From an uncultured Actinomycetota bacterium (lineage in GTDB: Bacteria > Actinomycetota > UBA4738 > HRBIN12), in contig CAWBIH010000004.1 of the NCBI GenBank assembly GCA_963788925.1, forward strand, positions 5,679-69,678: DNA of 64,000 bases. The letters are read 5' to 3'. Numbering within the stretch: the stretch's first letter is position 1; each line of letters starts with the position of its first letter. Under the pieces are notes generated by a model. That model had not been told where the DNA came from, searched no databases, and saw nothing but the letters and a program-made list of their open reading frames with translations. A program made the position numbers and the translations under genes. Below, in pieces: positions 50,909-60,841 of this stretch.

Positions 50909-51724
50909 GTGATCCCGCTCCGTGATATCAACCCGACCACACGGACCGCGTGGCTCACGCTCGCGATCATCGCCGCCAACGTGGCGGTCTTCCTCCTCTG
51001 GGAGCCCACGTTCGCGGACCAGGGAACGCAGCAGACGTTCCTCTTCTGCAACGCGGAGATCCCGTTCGAGGTCACCCACCAGACGACCTTGGCGGACGGC
51101 GGCGCAGAAGCAGTGCAGGCGATCGAGGACACATACCGCGTGGGGCCTCCAACTGCGTCTGCGATCCAGGCGCTGCTCCGAGAGCGATGCCCCGACAAGA
51201 GCTGGCTGGCATCGATCTTCGTGTCGATGTTCCTCCACGGCGGGTTCCTCCACATCGCCGGGAACATGCTCTTCCTCTGGATCTTCGGGAACAACGTGGA
51301 GGATCGGCTGGGTCGGATCAGGTTCATCCTGCTCTACGTCTTGGGCGGGTTGGCCGCGTCCGGGCTTCAGCTCGCCTTCGATCCGAACGCGGCGGTGCCG
51401 AACGTCGGCGCCTCGGGGGCGATCGCCGCCATCCTGGGCTCGTACCTGATCATGTTCCCGAGGGCGCGGATCCACACGCTCGTCATCTTCTTCTTCATCA
51501 CGTTCCTCGAACTGCCCGCCAGCTTCGTGCTCCTGGCGTGGTTCGTCCTTCAGCTGTTCAGCGGCGTGGGGCAGATGGGAACACAGGTGGGTGGAGGCGT
51601 CGCGTACTGGGCACACGTGGGCGGATTCGCGTTCGGGTTGGGAGCCACCTGGCTCTTCTTCCGATCACAGATGCGGCGGCAGACGACCATCCCGCCGTTC
51701 CCGCCGCCTCCCTATCCGTACTGA
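50909..51724 (+). CDS. rhomboid-family intramembrane serine protease
   Basis: ORF 50909-51724. Contains FLHGGFLHIAGNMLFLWIFG and GASGAIAAILG (catalytic Ser). Confidence 0.85.
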   Translation: MIPLRDINPTTRTAWLTLAIIAANVAVFLLWEPTFADQGTQQTFLFCNAEIPFEVTHQTTLADGGAEAVQAIEDTYRVGPPTASAIQALLRERCPDKSWLASIFVSMFLHGGFLHIAGNMLFLWIFGNNVEDRLGRIRFILLYVLGGLAASGLQLAFDPNAAVPNVGASGAIAAILGSYLIMFPRARIHTLVIFFFITFLELPASFVLLAWFVLQLFSGVGQMGTQVGGGVAYWAHVGGFAFGLGATWLFFRSQMRRQTTIPPFPPPPYPY

Positions 51725-51789
51725 TCGACCTCGCCCGGCCAGCGTTCATGCCGCATCGTCGGCCTCGCAGGTAGACTGGGCGACCGCCG

Positions 51790-51861
51790 GGCGGGGTAGC
51801 TCAGTGGTAGAGCAAGCGGCTCATAATCGCTGTGTCGGCGGTTCGATCCCGCCCCCCGCTA
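51790..51861 (+). tRNA. tRNA-Met (anticodon CAT), elongator-type
   Basis: Acceptor GGCGGGG/CCCCGCT (G1-U72); anticodon loop CTCATAA; T-loop GGCGGTTCGATCCCGCC. It lacks the three G-C pairs in the anticodon stem that mark initiators. Ile2 (lysidine) cannot be excluded. Confidence 0.8.
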
Positions 51862-51910
51862 CGAGCCAGAGACGCGAAGTCCCACAGGATCCTCGAGGAG
51901 ACCAAGAGAC

Positions 51911-53095
<1,185 letters not shown>

Positions 53096-53102
53096 GGGAG
53101 CC

Positions 53103-53270
53103 ATGGCGAAGAAAGAAGGCAACCGCCCGAAGATCATCCTCGCGTGCTCCAACTGCAAGCGGCGCAACTACAACACGGTCAAGAACCGGGTGAACGACCG
53201 CGACCGGATCGAGCTCAAGAAGTATTGCCGTTGGTGCCGCGCGCACACGCTGCACCGCGAGACCCGCTAG
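53103..53270 (+). CDS. rpmG: 50S ribosomal protein L33
   Basis: 55-aa ORF, below the track cutoff: [55 protein letters not shown], with CxxC...CxxC zinc-ribbon motifs. Confidence 0.9.
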   Translation: MAKKEGNRPKIILACSNCKRRNYNTVKNRVNDRDRIELKKYCRWCRAHTLHRETR

Positions 53271-53331
53271 CGCGCAAGTCGCGAAGCGATAGCGCAACGT
53301 CCTCGCGGTCGGGATCAGGGCAGAGTCGGGA

Positions 53332-54072
53332 TCAGGACGCGTCGACGTCGGTCTCGGAAAGCGAGTCGCTCGTCTTGACCTTCCCGAAGCGGATCGCGGC
53401 GACCACGGCATCCGTCTTCGAGTGCACGCCGAGCTTGGTGAGCACGTTCTGGATATGGGTCCGAAGCGTGTGACGACTCATCCCGAGCTCGTTCGCGATG
53501 TCGACGGACGCCTCGCCGGTCGCGACGCGCTGGAGGATCTCCAGCTCTCGCGGCGTGAGCCGCTCCACACGGTGCGCGAGCTCGCCGTCGCTCCGCCGCT
53601 GCATGCGGAAGCGAGCGAGCGACAGCTCGACCTCGCTGACCGCATGCAGCGGTTCCCCTCGGAAGGCGCGCCGGATCGCATCGGCGAGGTCGGAGACGGC
53701 CTGCGTCTTACGCAGGAAGCCACGGGCGCCTGCCTCGACCGCCCGGGCAAGGACCACGTCGTCGTCGTGTCCGGACAGGAGGATCACCTTCGTCCCTGAG
53801 GACTCGCGCCTGATCCGCCTCGTCGCTTCGAGGCCGTCGACGCCCGGCATCTGGACGTCCATCAGGAGCACGTCGGGGTGCTGCGCCTGCGCCGACTCGA
53901 TCGCGGACTCGCCGCTGGTCACGACCTCGATCACGGTGAGGTCGTCCTCATTGTCCAGCGCGATCTGCAAGGCCTCGCCGAAGGAGCGGTGGTCGTCGGC
54001 GATGACGACACGGATATCCCCGTCGGCCTCATGAGAAGCGTTGCGTTCCTTGGATCTGGCGGCAGCAGCCAT
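53332..54072 (-). CDS. NarL/LuxR-family response regulator (receiver + HTH), no adjacent kinase
   Basis: ORF 53332-54072. Contains VVIADDH, LLMDVQMPGVDG, and an HTH (LTPRELEILQRVATGEASVDIANELGMSRHTLRTHIQNVLTKLG). Confidence 0.85.
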   Translation of the reverse strand: MAAAARSKERNASHEADGDIRVVIADDHRSFGEALQIALDNEDDLTVIEVVTSGESAIESAQAQHPDVLLMDVQMPGVDGLEATRRIRRESSGTKVILLSGHDDDVVLARAVEAGARGFLRKTQAVSDLADAIRRAFRGEPLHAVSEVELSLARFRMQRRSDGELAHRVERLTPRELEILQRVATGEASVDIANELGMSRHTLRTHIQNVLTKLGVHSKTDAVVAAIRFGKVKTSDSLSETDVDAS

Positions 54073-54188
54073 CAGGGCGCATCGTAGGCACTGTTGAGGG
54101 CGGAATCACGTAGCCCAAGCGCCGGATTTTCGCCAGTCCCCCGTCGGAGGGACGCCGCTTGCGGGACCTCGGGTAGGATGCCCGGCCG

Positions 54189-54575
54189 ATGAACCCGGCG
54201 GCGGCAGGGAAGACGTACCCCGCAACGACGTTCACCGTCGACCCGCAGCGGGTGGCGGCATTCCGGGAGATCTTCGAGGGGCCCGAGGGCGTGCCCGTCA
54301 CGTTCGCCACGACGGCGGAGTTCGCCGTCATGCCGCAGATCGTCGCCGACCCGGAGCTCGCACTCGACTTCTCGCGCGTGCTGCACGGGAATCAGGAGTA
54401 CGAGTTCAGGCGTCCACTTCGCGAGGGCGAGACGCTGGAGGTCCGGTGCCGGCTCGGATCGATCCGCGTGCTCGGCGGCAACGCGTTCCTCGTGCTCGTG
54501 ACCGAGCTGGTCGAGCCCGGCGGGGACATCGTCTGCACCGGGCGGTCGACGATGATCGAACGAGCGGCGGACTGA
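54189..54575 (+). CDS. MaoC-like (R)-hydratase, non-catalytic HadA-like subunit
   Basis: ORF 54189-54575. Hot-dog fold protein lacking the hydratase-2 motif. It occupies the rpmG-hadA-hadB-trpT-secE position conserved in actinobacteria. A TAGGAT -10-like hexamer lies at 54172-54177. Confidence 0.7.
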   Translation: MNPAAAGKTYPATTFTVDPQRVAAFREIFEGPEGVPVTFATTAEFAVMPQIVADPELALDFSRVLHGNQEYEFRRPLREGETLEVRCRLGSIRVLGGNAFLVLVTELVEPGGDIVCTGRSTMIERAAD

Positions 54576-54997
54576 TGCCGTCGGTGCGCGAAGTGCAGGT
54601 TCCGTCCGATCTGCCCGCGCTCTCGCGCGTCGTGACGCAAGAGGCGGTGAAGGCCTATGCGGACGCGGGCGGAGACCAGAATCCACTACATCAGGACGAG
54701 GCGTTCGCACGGGCGGCGGGGTTCCCCGGGATCATCGCGCACGGGATGTTCACGATGGGCCACCTCGCGGCGTGCCTTTCGAGATGGGCAGGAGGGCCGG
54801 AGCGCGTTCGCCGTCTGACCGCGCAGTTCCGGGCGCCCGTGTTCATGGGCGAGGAGATCGTGGCCGGCGGGCGCGTGAAAGCTGTTGACGTGGAAGAGCG
54901 AGTCGCGGTCATCGAGTGCTGGGTCTCGGTCGAGCGGAACGGCCGAGCGGAGTGGCCGATCAAGCGCGGCGAAGCCGAGGTGCTCCTGGACCCCTGA
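54575..54997 (+). CDS. MaoC-like (R)-hydratase, catalytic HadB-like subunit
   Basis: ATG 54575 overlaps the upstream stop. Carries the hydratase-2 motif YADAGGDQNPLHQDEAFA. Confidence 0.75.
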   Translation: MPSVREVQVPSDLPALSRVVTQEAVKAYADAGGDQNPLHQDEAFARAAGFPGIIAHGMFTMGHLAACLSRWAGGPERVRRLTAQFRAPVFMGEEIVAGGRVKAVDVEERVAVIECWVSVERNGRAEWPIKRGEAEVLLDP

Positions 54998-55049
54998 TCT
55001 CGGGGGCTACGTCACTCCTTCGTCGCTCGCTCCTTGAGCCCCCGAACCC

Positions 55050-56612
55050 CTAGGCTCCGATCTGCCCCTGTGCGTCCCGGCGCTGCGTCCGCCCCGACAT
55101 CGCCTGGATCGCCTCGCTCATCCGGTCGACGACGATCTGCACGTCGTTGCCGTAGCCCTCGTCCACGATCACCGAGACACGGTCGATCTTGTCGCTCAAC
55201 CGCTCGGCGACGTTGAGCATCGCTTCGGCCGTCGACTGCGACTCCTTGTGGAGCTGGTCGGACATCGACTGGAAGCGTCGATCCACCGAGCTCAAGACGT
55301 CGTTCGCGAGGCCGGCATGCAGCTCCTTGATCGACCGCAGTGTCTGCCGCAGAAGCTCCGCATCGTCGTTCGTGGGGCCGCCCGTGGCGAATCGATCCGC
55401 GAGCGCCTGGTTGTCCGAACGGATCAGCTTGGCGATCGCCGTCACTCGATCGTCCACGTGCCCCCTGAGCCGCTCTTCGAAGGCCTGCTGCTGCTCGGCC
55501 AGCATGGTGTCGATCCCCTCGATCGAGCCCACCGAGGCGTTCATCCGCTCGACGGTGTCTCCGATCGAGGAGGCGATCGCGACCTGGGCCGCTTCCGCCG
55601 TCTTGTCGACGAGCGCCTCGCCCACGAGGATCATCCGCTCTTCCACGGTCTCTCTGAGCAGCTGCTCCTGCTCCGCGGTCTTCTCCTCGATCATCCGGCG
55701 GAGTGCTTGGGAGTCGCTCCGGATCAACTCCGCCAACCCCCGCACCCGGGCGTCGATGAACCGCTCCATCGCGTTCTTGAGAGCGACCTCGTCCCTCGTG
55801 TGGATCCCCATGCCCTCCGACATCAACTCGAGCTGCTGTCCGATGGCTTGAACTTCCTCGCGTACGGTGGCGCCGACGTTCGCGGTCAGCTCCCCGTCCT
55901 GCGTGGCGAACGATTCCGCGTGCTCCTCGACCCGCTGGGCGAGGCGCCCGACCGCCTCGGCTCCGCCCTGGACGTAGCCCTGCATCGCCTCGACCACACG
56001 AGAGGTCTCGCGCGCGACCATCTCGCCGTGCTCCTGGACCTGCTTCAGGATCGCCTCGGTCAGGGTGCGGTCACGCTCGTCGAGGCTCTGGAAGGTGTCT
56101 GCGATGTGCCGCTCGACCTGCTCCAGCTGGTTCCGGACGCCCTCCACCCCATGGAGGGTGGGGGAATCGGCGATCTCCCGGATAGAAGCGACGGATGCCT
56201 CCATCGCCTGCTTGGTCGCCCGGCCGGTCTCGGCCAGATCGTTGAGCGAGTCCTCGACGCGGCCCGCCCGGGTCGATAGGGCCTGGAAGCGTTCGTCGCT
56301 CGATGCGATCAGGCTCCGTATGGCCTGATCGCGTGAGAGGAGGCTGACGATGCGCTCCTGCTCGGGACGCACGTCCTTTGCCGAGGAGCGCCAAAGCTCG
56401 GTGGCGACCTCGCGCATCAGGATCGTCGCCTGCGCCTCGAGGGCCTGCAGCCCCTCCTCGATGCGCTCGTCGACCGCGTTCGTCAACGCGTTCGCGATCT
56501 GTTCCTCGACGGGAGAGAGCACGGTCGGCTCGGGTTCCGGCTGTCGCGTGAAGACCGGAGAACGCCGACGAGCACCGGCTCCCGCCGGCCGTGCGGTGCG
56601 CTGTTCGTTCAT
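55050..56612 (-). CDS. 521-aa alpha-helical/coiled-coil protein of unknown function
   Basis: ATG 56612 within ORF 55050-57962; the upstream 450 codons run antisense to trpT/secE/nusG and are noise. The composition is rich in E/R/A/L/Q with no TM segment. An internal repeat is D-x-RV-x3-A-x-LIRSD-x-QAL. Confidence 0.75.
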   Translation of the reverse strand: MNEQRTARPAGAGARRRSPVFTRQPEPEPTVLSPVEEQIANALTNAVDERIEEGLQALEAQATILMREVATELWRSSAKDVRPEQERIVSLLSRDQAIRSLIASSDERFQALSTRAGRVEDSLNDLAETGRATKQAMEASVASIREIADSPTLHGVEGVRNQLEQVERHIADTFQSLDERDRTLTEAILKQVQEHGEMVARETSRVVEAMQGYVQGGAEAVGRLAQRVEEHAESFATQDGELTANVGATVREEVQAIGQQLELMSEGMGIHTRDEVALKNAMERFIDARVRGLAELIRSDSQALRRMIEEKTAEQEQLLRETVEERMILVGEALVDKTAEAAQVAIASSIGDTVERMNASVGSIEGIDTMLAEQQQAFEERLRGHVDDRVTAIAKLIRSDNQALADRFATGGPTNDDAELLRQTLRSIKELHAGLANDVLSSVDRRFQSMSDQLHKESQSTAEAMLNVAERLSDKIDRVSVIVDEGYGNDVQIVVDRMSEAIQAMSGRTQRRDAQGQIGA

Positions 56613-56840
56613 CGTGTGCCTCGCGATCCGGGGCCGCTGCGGCACGTCTTGGCCGAAGGATAGGGCAGGTGCACCCCGGCATAGGTATCTGCGCAGGAAA
56701 TCCCCCAGGGATCGCGCGCCGGCTCGGCTGGCCGGGGGACGCGAGAACGGTACGGTCGGTCGTTCCTTTGCCGGGCAAAGGAGGCGACCATATACTGAGG
56801 TCTCCGAACGTCCCGCCTCATGCCGGGGGGCCCGGAGCCC

Positions 56841-56914
56841 AGGGGCGTAGCTCAATTTGGTAGAGCACCGGTCTCCAAAACCGGCGGTTGGGGGTTCAAG
56901 TCCCTCCGCCCCTG
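56841..56914 (+). tRNA. tRNA-Trp (anticodon CCA)
   Basis: Acceptor AGGGGCG/CGCCCCT; anticodon loop CTCCAAA; T-loop GGGGGTTCAAGTCCCTC. Confidence 0.9.
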
Positions 56915-56927
56915 CAAGGGAGCACCC

Positions 56928-57236
56928 ATGAATCGACAGATGAAGCGGATGCAGGAGCGTCAGGAGCGCGCGCAGAAGCGCGCGGGTACGACGCGCCCCA
57001 CCACGCCGTCCGCCGCCACCAGGAAGGCCACCGTGCAGGAGAAGCGGAAGCGGACCGGGGCGCGCCAGTTCCTGAAGGAGGTCCGTCAGGAGCTCAACAA
57101 GGTTGACTGGCCGACCCGCCGGGAGCTCGTCTCGTACTCGATCGTGGTGCTCGTGACCGTGACCGTCCTCACCGCCTACGTGTTCGGACTCGATTCCGTG
57201 TTCACGAGGTTCGTGTTCGACGTGCTCGGCAACTGA
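56928..57236 (+). CDS. secE: preprotein translocase subunit SecE
   Basis: ATG 56928. Basic N-terminus, then FLKEVRQELNKVDWPTRRELVSYSIVVLVTVTVLTAYVF. Confidence 0.9.
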   Translation: MNRQMKRMQERQERAQKRAGTTRPTTPSAATRKATVQEKRKRTGARQFLKEVRQELNKVDWPTRRELVSYSIVVLVTVTVLTAYVFGLDSVFTRFVFDVLGN

Positions 57237-58187
57237 TGAGGACCGGCGAGTTGAACGAGACCGAGCCCACCACCGGATCCGTTGACGACGCCGAACAGGC
57301 TGTCGAGTCTGCGGAGACCGTCTCCGAGCAGGCGGAGAACCCAGAATCCGAAGCGGAGATCGGAGATGCCCTCGATGCCGCGGAGGAAGAAGTGCGGGTG
57401 ACCGAGACCGAGGCGGAGCCCGTCGTGCCCGAAGCGGAGACCGTCGAGCCGGTCGACCCGTCGAGCCGCGTCGAGCCCGAGCCGGTCGAACCCGACCCCG
57501 AGCCGGTCGAGCCCAGCTCGAGGCGGTCGAGGCCGAGGCGGTCGAGCCGAGGAGCCGGTCGAGGCGGTCGAGGTCGAGGCGGTCGAGGCGGAGGCGGTCG
57601 AAGCCGAGGCGGTCGCCGACAAGGCAGCTCCCGCCGCAGAGGATCCGTTCCGAGGTCAGGGAGACTGGTACGTCGTCCACACCTATTCCGGCTACGAGAA
57701 CAAGGTGAAGGCCAACCTCGAGTCGAGGATCCACACGATGCAGATGGAGGGGAAGATCTTCGGCGTCCACATCCCGATGGAAGACGTGATGGAGATCAAG
57801 TCCGGGAAGAAGCAGGTCGTGAAGAGGAAGCAGTTCCCGGGCTACCTCCTCGTTCGCATGGTCTACGACAACGACTCCTGGTACGTGGTCCGCAACACGC
57901 CGGGCGTCACCGGATTCGTCTCCGCAGGGACGGGGTCCAAGCCCACACCTCTTTCGAAGCACGAGGTCGACAAGATCCTCGCCGTGAAGAAGGAGGAGGT
58001 CCGCCCGCAGGTGCGCCTCGGCTTCGAGGAGGGCGACATCGTGCGGATCACGTCGGGACCGTTCGCGGACTTCAACGGAACCATCAACGAGATCAACGCA
58101 GACCAGGCCAAGCTCAAGGTGCTCGTCAACATCTTCGACCGGGAGACGCCGGTCGAGCTGTCCTTCGACCAGGTGTCGAAGGTCTAG
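57236..58187 (+). CDS. nusG: transcription termination/antitermination factor NusG with acidic repetitive N-terminal extension; two frame breaks (about 57513 and about 57549)
   Basis: The NGN/KOW core ([15 protein letters not shown]...[16 protein letters not shown]) has no start codon in its own frame upstream of GTG 57705. ATG 57236 (overlapping the secE stop) opens an E/P/V/A-rich extension in a different frame. Confidence 0.85.
57440..57615 (+). repeat. imperfect tandem 9/12-nt repeats (GAGGCGGTC / GAGCCGGTC units) encoding (E-A/P-V)n inside the nusG 5' extension
   Basis: Direct reading: gagccggtcga..gaggcggtcgaggccgaggcggtcgagccg..gaggcggtcgaggtcgaggcggtcgaggcggaggcggtcgaagccgaggcggtc. 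Confidence 0.8.
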
Positions 58188-58296
58188 CGCACAGAGCGCT
58201 CAAGGAGCGAAGCGGTAGCGCAAGAGAAAGAGAATGAGACAGAACCTTAGGCGCGGGAGGCCGGAAGGCCGTTGGGACCGCAGGAGGTAGGAACAG

Positions 58297-58728
58297 ATGG
58301 CTTCGAAGAAGAAGGTGCTCGCGACCGCGAAGCTCCAGATCACCGCCGCGCAGGCAACACCGGCGCCACCCGTGGGCACCGCGCTCGGCCAGCACGGCGT
58401 GAACATCATGGAGTTCTGTAAGCAGTACAACGACGCGACCCAACAGTTCGCCGGCCAGATCATCCCGGTCGAGCTCACGATCTACGAAGATCGGTCGTTC
58501 ACGTTCGTGCTGAAGCAGCCACCGGCCGCCGAGCTGATCCGGAAGGCCGCCGGGATCGAGAAGGGCTCGGGGGAGCCGAACCGAGAGAAGGTCGCTCGCC
58601 TGTCGAAGACGCAGGTGCGCGAGATCGCCGAGCGGAAGATGGTCGATCTGAACGCGAACGACATCGACAACGCGATGCGGATCATCGAGGGGACGGCGCG
58701 GAGCATGGGCGTGGAGGTGGCGTCGTGA
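58297..58728 (+). CDS. rplK: 50S ribosomal protein L11
   Basis: ORF 58297-58728. Contains [24 protein letters not shown]. Confidence 0.97.
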   Translation: MASKKKVLATAKLQITAAQATPAPPVGTALGQHGVNIMEFCKQYNDATQQFAGQIIPVELTIYEDRSFTFVLKQPPAAELIRKAAGIEKGSGEPNREKVARLSKTQVREIAERKMVDLNANDIDNAMRIIEGTARSMGVEVAS

Positions 58729-59447
58729 GCTCGAAGCCGGGGAAGCGGTACCGCCAGGCCGCGGAGACATTCGACGGGAGCCAGGAGTACCTCCCGGCCG
58801 AGGCGATCAAGATCCTGAAGGCCTTCCCGGACGCGAAGTTCGACGAAACGGTGGAGATCGCGTTCCGCCTCGGCATCGACCCGCGGAAGAACGATCAGGC
58901 GTTGCGTGGCACCGTTGCGTTGCCGCACGGCTCCGGCAAGTCGGTCCGCGTCGGTGTCTTCGCGGCAGGGGAGAAGGCCCGGGAGGCACGCGACGCGGGA
59001 GCCGACGTCGTGGGTGGTGAGGAACTGGTCGAAGAGGTCATGAAGGGCGTGATCGACTTCGACGCGGCGGTCGCCACGCCCGACATGATGGCGTCCGTCG
59101 GGAAGGCGGGCCGGGTCCTCGGGCCCCGTGGGCTGATGCCGAACCCCAAGACGGGCACCGTGACGATGGACATCGCGAAGGCCGTCGCCGACATCAAGGG
59201 CGGCAAGGTCGAGTACCGCGCCGATCGCACCGGCAACGTGCACCTGATCATCGGGAAGAAGTCATTCGAGGAGCGGAATCTCCTGGAGAACTACCTGGTG
59301 GTCGTCGACGAGCTCCTGAAGGCGAAACCCTCCTCGGCCAAGGGCCGGTACATCAAGTCGCTCGCGGTCTCCTCCACCATGGGTCCGAGCGTCCGGATCG
59401 ATTCGTCCAAGCCGAGGGGAGTCCAGACGCTCCCAGCGGACCGGTAG
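58725..59447 (+). CDS. rplA: 50S ribosomal protein L1
   Basis: ORF 58725-59447. Contains [31 protein letters not shown]. Confidence 0.97.
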   Translation: MSSKPGKRYRQAAETFDGSQEYLPAEAIKILKAFPDAKFDETVEIAFRLGIDPRKNDQALRGTVALPHGSGKSVRVGVFAAGEKAREARDAGADVVGGEELVEEVMKGVIDFDAAVATPDMMASVGKAGRVLGPRGLMPNPKTGTVTMDIAKAVADIKGGKVEYRADRTGNVHLIIGKKSFEERNLLENYLVVVDELLKAKPSSAKGRYIKSLAVSSTMGPSVRIDSSKPRGVQTLPADR

Positions 59448-59651
59448 CCGGGCGACTCGGCCCCGGATCGCGCTTGGCCGCCTGTTATCCTCGGGCTGCC
59501 GCAGACAGCAGGGGCGCGTGAGCGCGTAATCCCGGATCGGGTACCTGCCGAGGCGACGGTCGCGCGTGAGAGCACGCGTGCCGCCCGGGCTCGCGCCGCG
59601 CGCGTCTCCGCTGTCTGTGGGGACGCGTTGTTCATTTTTGGAGGAGGCGCG
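59448..59651 (+). promoter_or_regulatory. putative ribosomal protein L10 (rplJ) leader RNA
   Basis: A 204-nt untranslated region. CAGACAGC (59502-59509) pairs long-range with GCTGTCTG (59610-59617), enclosing GC-rich helices immediately upstream of the rplJ Shine-Dalgarno (GGAGGAGG). Confidence 0.45.
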
Positions 59652-60254
59652 ATGCCGAGCACGAAGAAGATCGAGCGAGTCGCGGAGCTGAAGGGGCAGA
59701 TCGAAGGCTCCACGGCGCTGCTGCTCACCGAGTACCGCGGCCTCACGGTGGCTGAGATCACCGAGCTCCGGAGATCGCTCCGGGAGGGCGGCGCCAGGTT
59801 CGCGGTCATCAAGAACACCCTGATGCGCCGGGCCCTCGAGCAGACCGATGCGGCCGAGCTCGGGTCTCTCTTCGATGGCCCCAGCGCAGTCGCGTTCGTC
59901 CAGGAGGACCCGGTGGCCGCCGCCAAGAGCGTGACGGCAGCCGCCAAGAGATTCCCCGCCCTCGTGCTGAAGGGTGGTTTCGTTGAGGGCCGCCTGCTCA
60001 ACGCCGACGAGGCGAAGTCGCTCGCCGACCTCGAGTCTCGTGAGGTGATGCTGTCGAAGCTGGCGGGGTTGATGAAGGGCGAGATGTCACGCGCAGCGGC
60101 CGTGTTCCAGGCGACGCAGGCGCGATTCCTTTCTCTCCTGGAGGCGTTCAAGGCGAAGCTGCCCGAGGAGCCGGCTGCCGAGGCAGCACCAGAGGCCGAG
60201 GCGGCGGCGCCTACCGACGACAGCCGCCCCGGAGACTGCCGAGACCGAGGTTGA
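59652..60254 (+). CDS. rplJ: 50S ribosomal protein L10; the C-terminus may really continue as an acidic tail to 60342 after a 1-nt frame break near 60222-60230
   Basis: ATG 59652 within ORF 59628-60254. Contains LLLTEYRGLTVAEITELRRSLRE. The alternative frame after DDS reads PETAETEVETPEAEAPEQEEVSEEVSSEEESSEEGKE and stops just before rplL. Confidence 0.9.
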   Translation: MPSTKKIERVAELKGQIEGSTALLLTEYRGLTVAEITELRRSLREGGARFAVIKNTLMRRALEQTDAAELGSLFDGPSAVAFVQEDPVAAAKSVTAAAKRFPALVLKGGFVEGRLLNADEAKSLADLESREVMLSKLAGLMKGEMSRAAAVFQATQARFLSLLEAFKAKLPEEPAAEAAPEAEAAAPTDDSRPGDCRDRG

Positions 60255-60345
60255 GACGCCCGAGGCAGAAGCACCCGAGCAAGAGGAAGTATCGGAAGAA
60301 GTGTCAAGCGAAGAAGAGTCAAGCGAAGAAGGAAAGGAGTGAACC

Positions 60346-60744
60346 GTGGCGAAGTCGAAGATCGGGACCGATGATCTGCTGGAGCAGTTCAAGGAGATGA
60401 CGCTCCTCGAGCTCTCCGAGTTCATCAAGGCATTCGAGGAGGCGTTCGACGTCCAGGCCGCGGCCGCGGCCCCCATGATGGTGGCCGGTGCTCCGGCCGC
60501 GGGCGCAGCCGGAGCTGAGGCCGAAGAGGAGCAGTCCGAGTTCGACGTCATCCTCCTGGCTGCCGGCGAGAAGAAGATCCAGGCCATCAAGGAGGTCCGG
60601 GCGCTCACGAGCCTCGGACTCAAGGAAGCGAAGGACCTGGTCGACAGCGCGCCGAAGCCCGTCCTCGAGAAGGTGACCAAGGAGGCGGCCGACAAGGCCA
60701 AGGAGCAGCTCGAAACGGCGGGCGCGACCGTCGAGATCAAGTAG
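60346..60744 (+). CDS. rplL: 50S ribosomal protein L7/L12
   Basis: ORF 60346-60744. Contains [23 protein letters not shown]. Confidence 0.97.
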   Translation: MAKSKIGTDDLLEQFKEMTLLELSEFIKAFEEAFDVQAAAAAPMMVAGAPAAGAAGAEAEEEQSEFDVILLAAGEKKIQAIKEVRALTSLGLKEAKDLVDSAPKPVLEKVTKEAADKAKEQLETAGATVEIK

Positions 60745-60750
60745 CGGACC

Positions 60751-60775
60751 GGGGCGCCGGCTCCGCCGGCGCCCC
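60751..60775 (+). terminator. GC-rich hairpin after rplL (11-bp perfect stem, 3-nt loop, no U-tract)
   Basis: GGGGCGCCGGC-TCC-GCCGGCGCCCC begins 7 nt after the rplL stop. Confidence 0.6.
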
Positions 60776-60841
60776 AGGGTTCCCTCGGCAGCAACCCTTG
60801 TGTTAGCGTGCGGCAACGTTCATTACGAGGGGGAGACAGGC

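Noticed and set aside
43160-51861. An integrative mobile element targeting tRNA-Tyr, tRNA-Thr or tRNA-Met.
   Set aside because: No integrase, recombinase, excisionase or transposase ORF is present. I found no direct repeat of any tRNA 3' end in the interval.
51790-51861. An initiator tRNA-fMet assignment for the CAT-anticodon tRNA.
   Set aside because: Positions 1-72 form a G-U pair rather than the C-A mismatch. The anticodon stem lacks the three consecutive G-C pairs typical of bacterial initiators.
57440-57615. A short tandem repeat block that could at first glance suggest a CRISPR-like or minisatellite element.
   Set aside because: The repeat units are 9-12 nt with no unique spacers. They are in frame with an acidic peptide repeat that continues the nusG extension. 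No cas genes are present in the window.
56613-57962. The N-terminal 450 codons of ORF 55050-57962 (minus), which would give a 970-aa protein.
   Set aside because: This part runs antisense across tRNA-Trp, secE and the nusG 5' region and translates to Arg/Ser/Pro-rich noise. The helical protein begins convincingly at ATG 56612.
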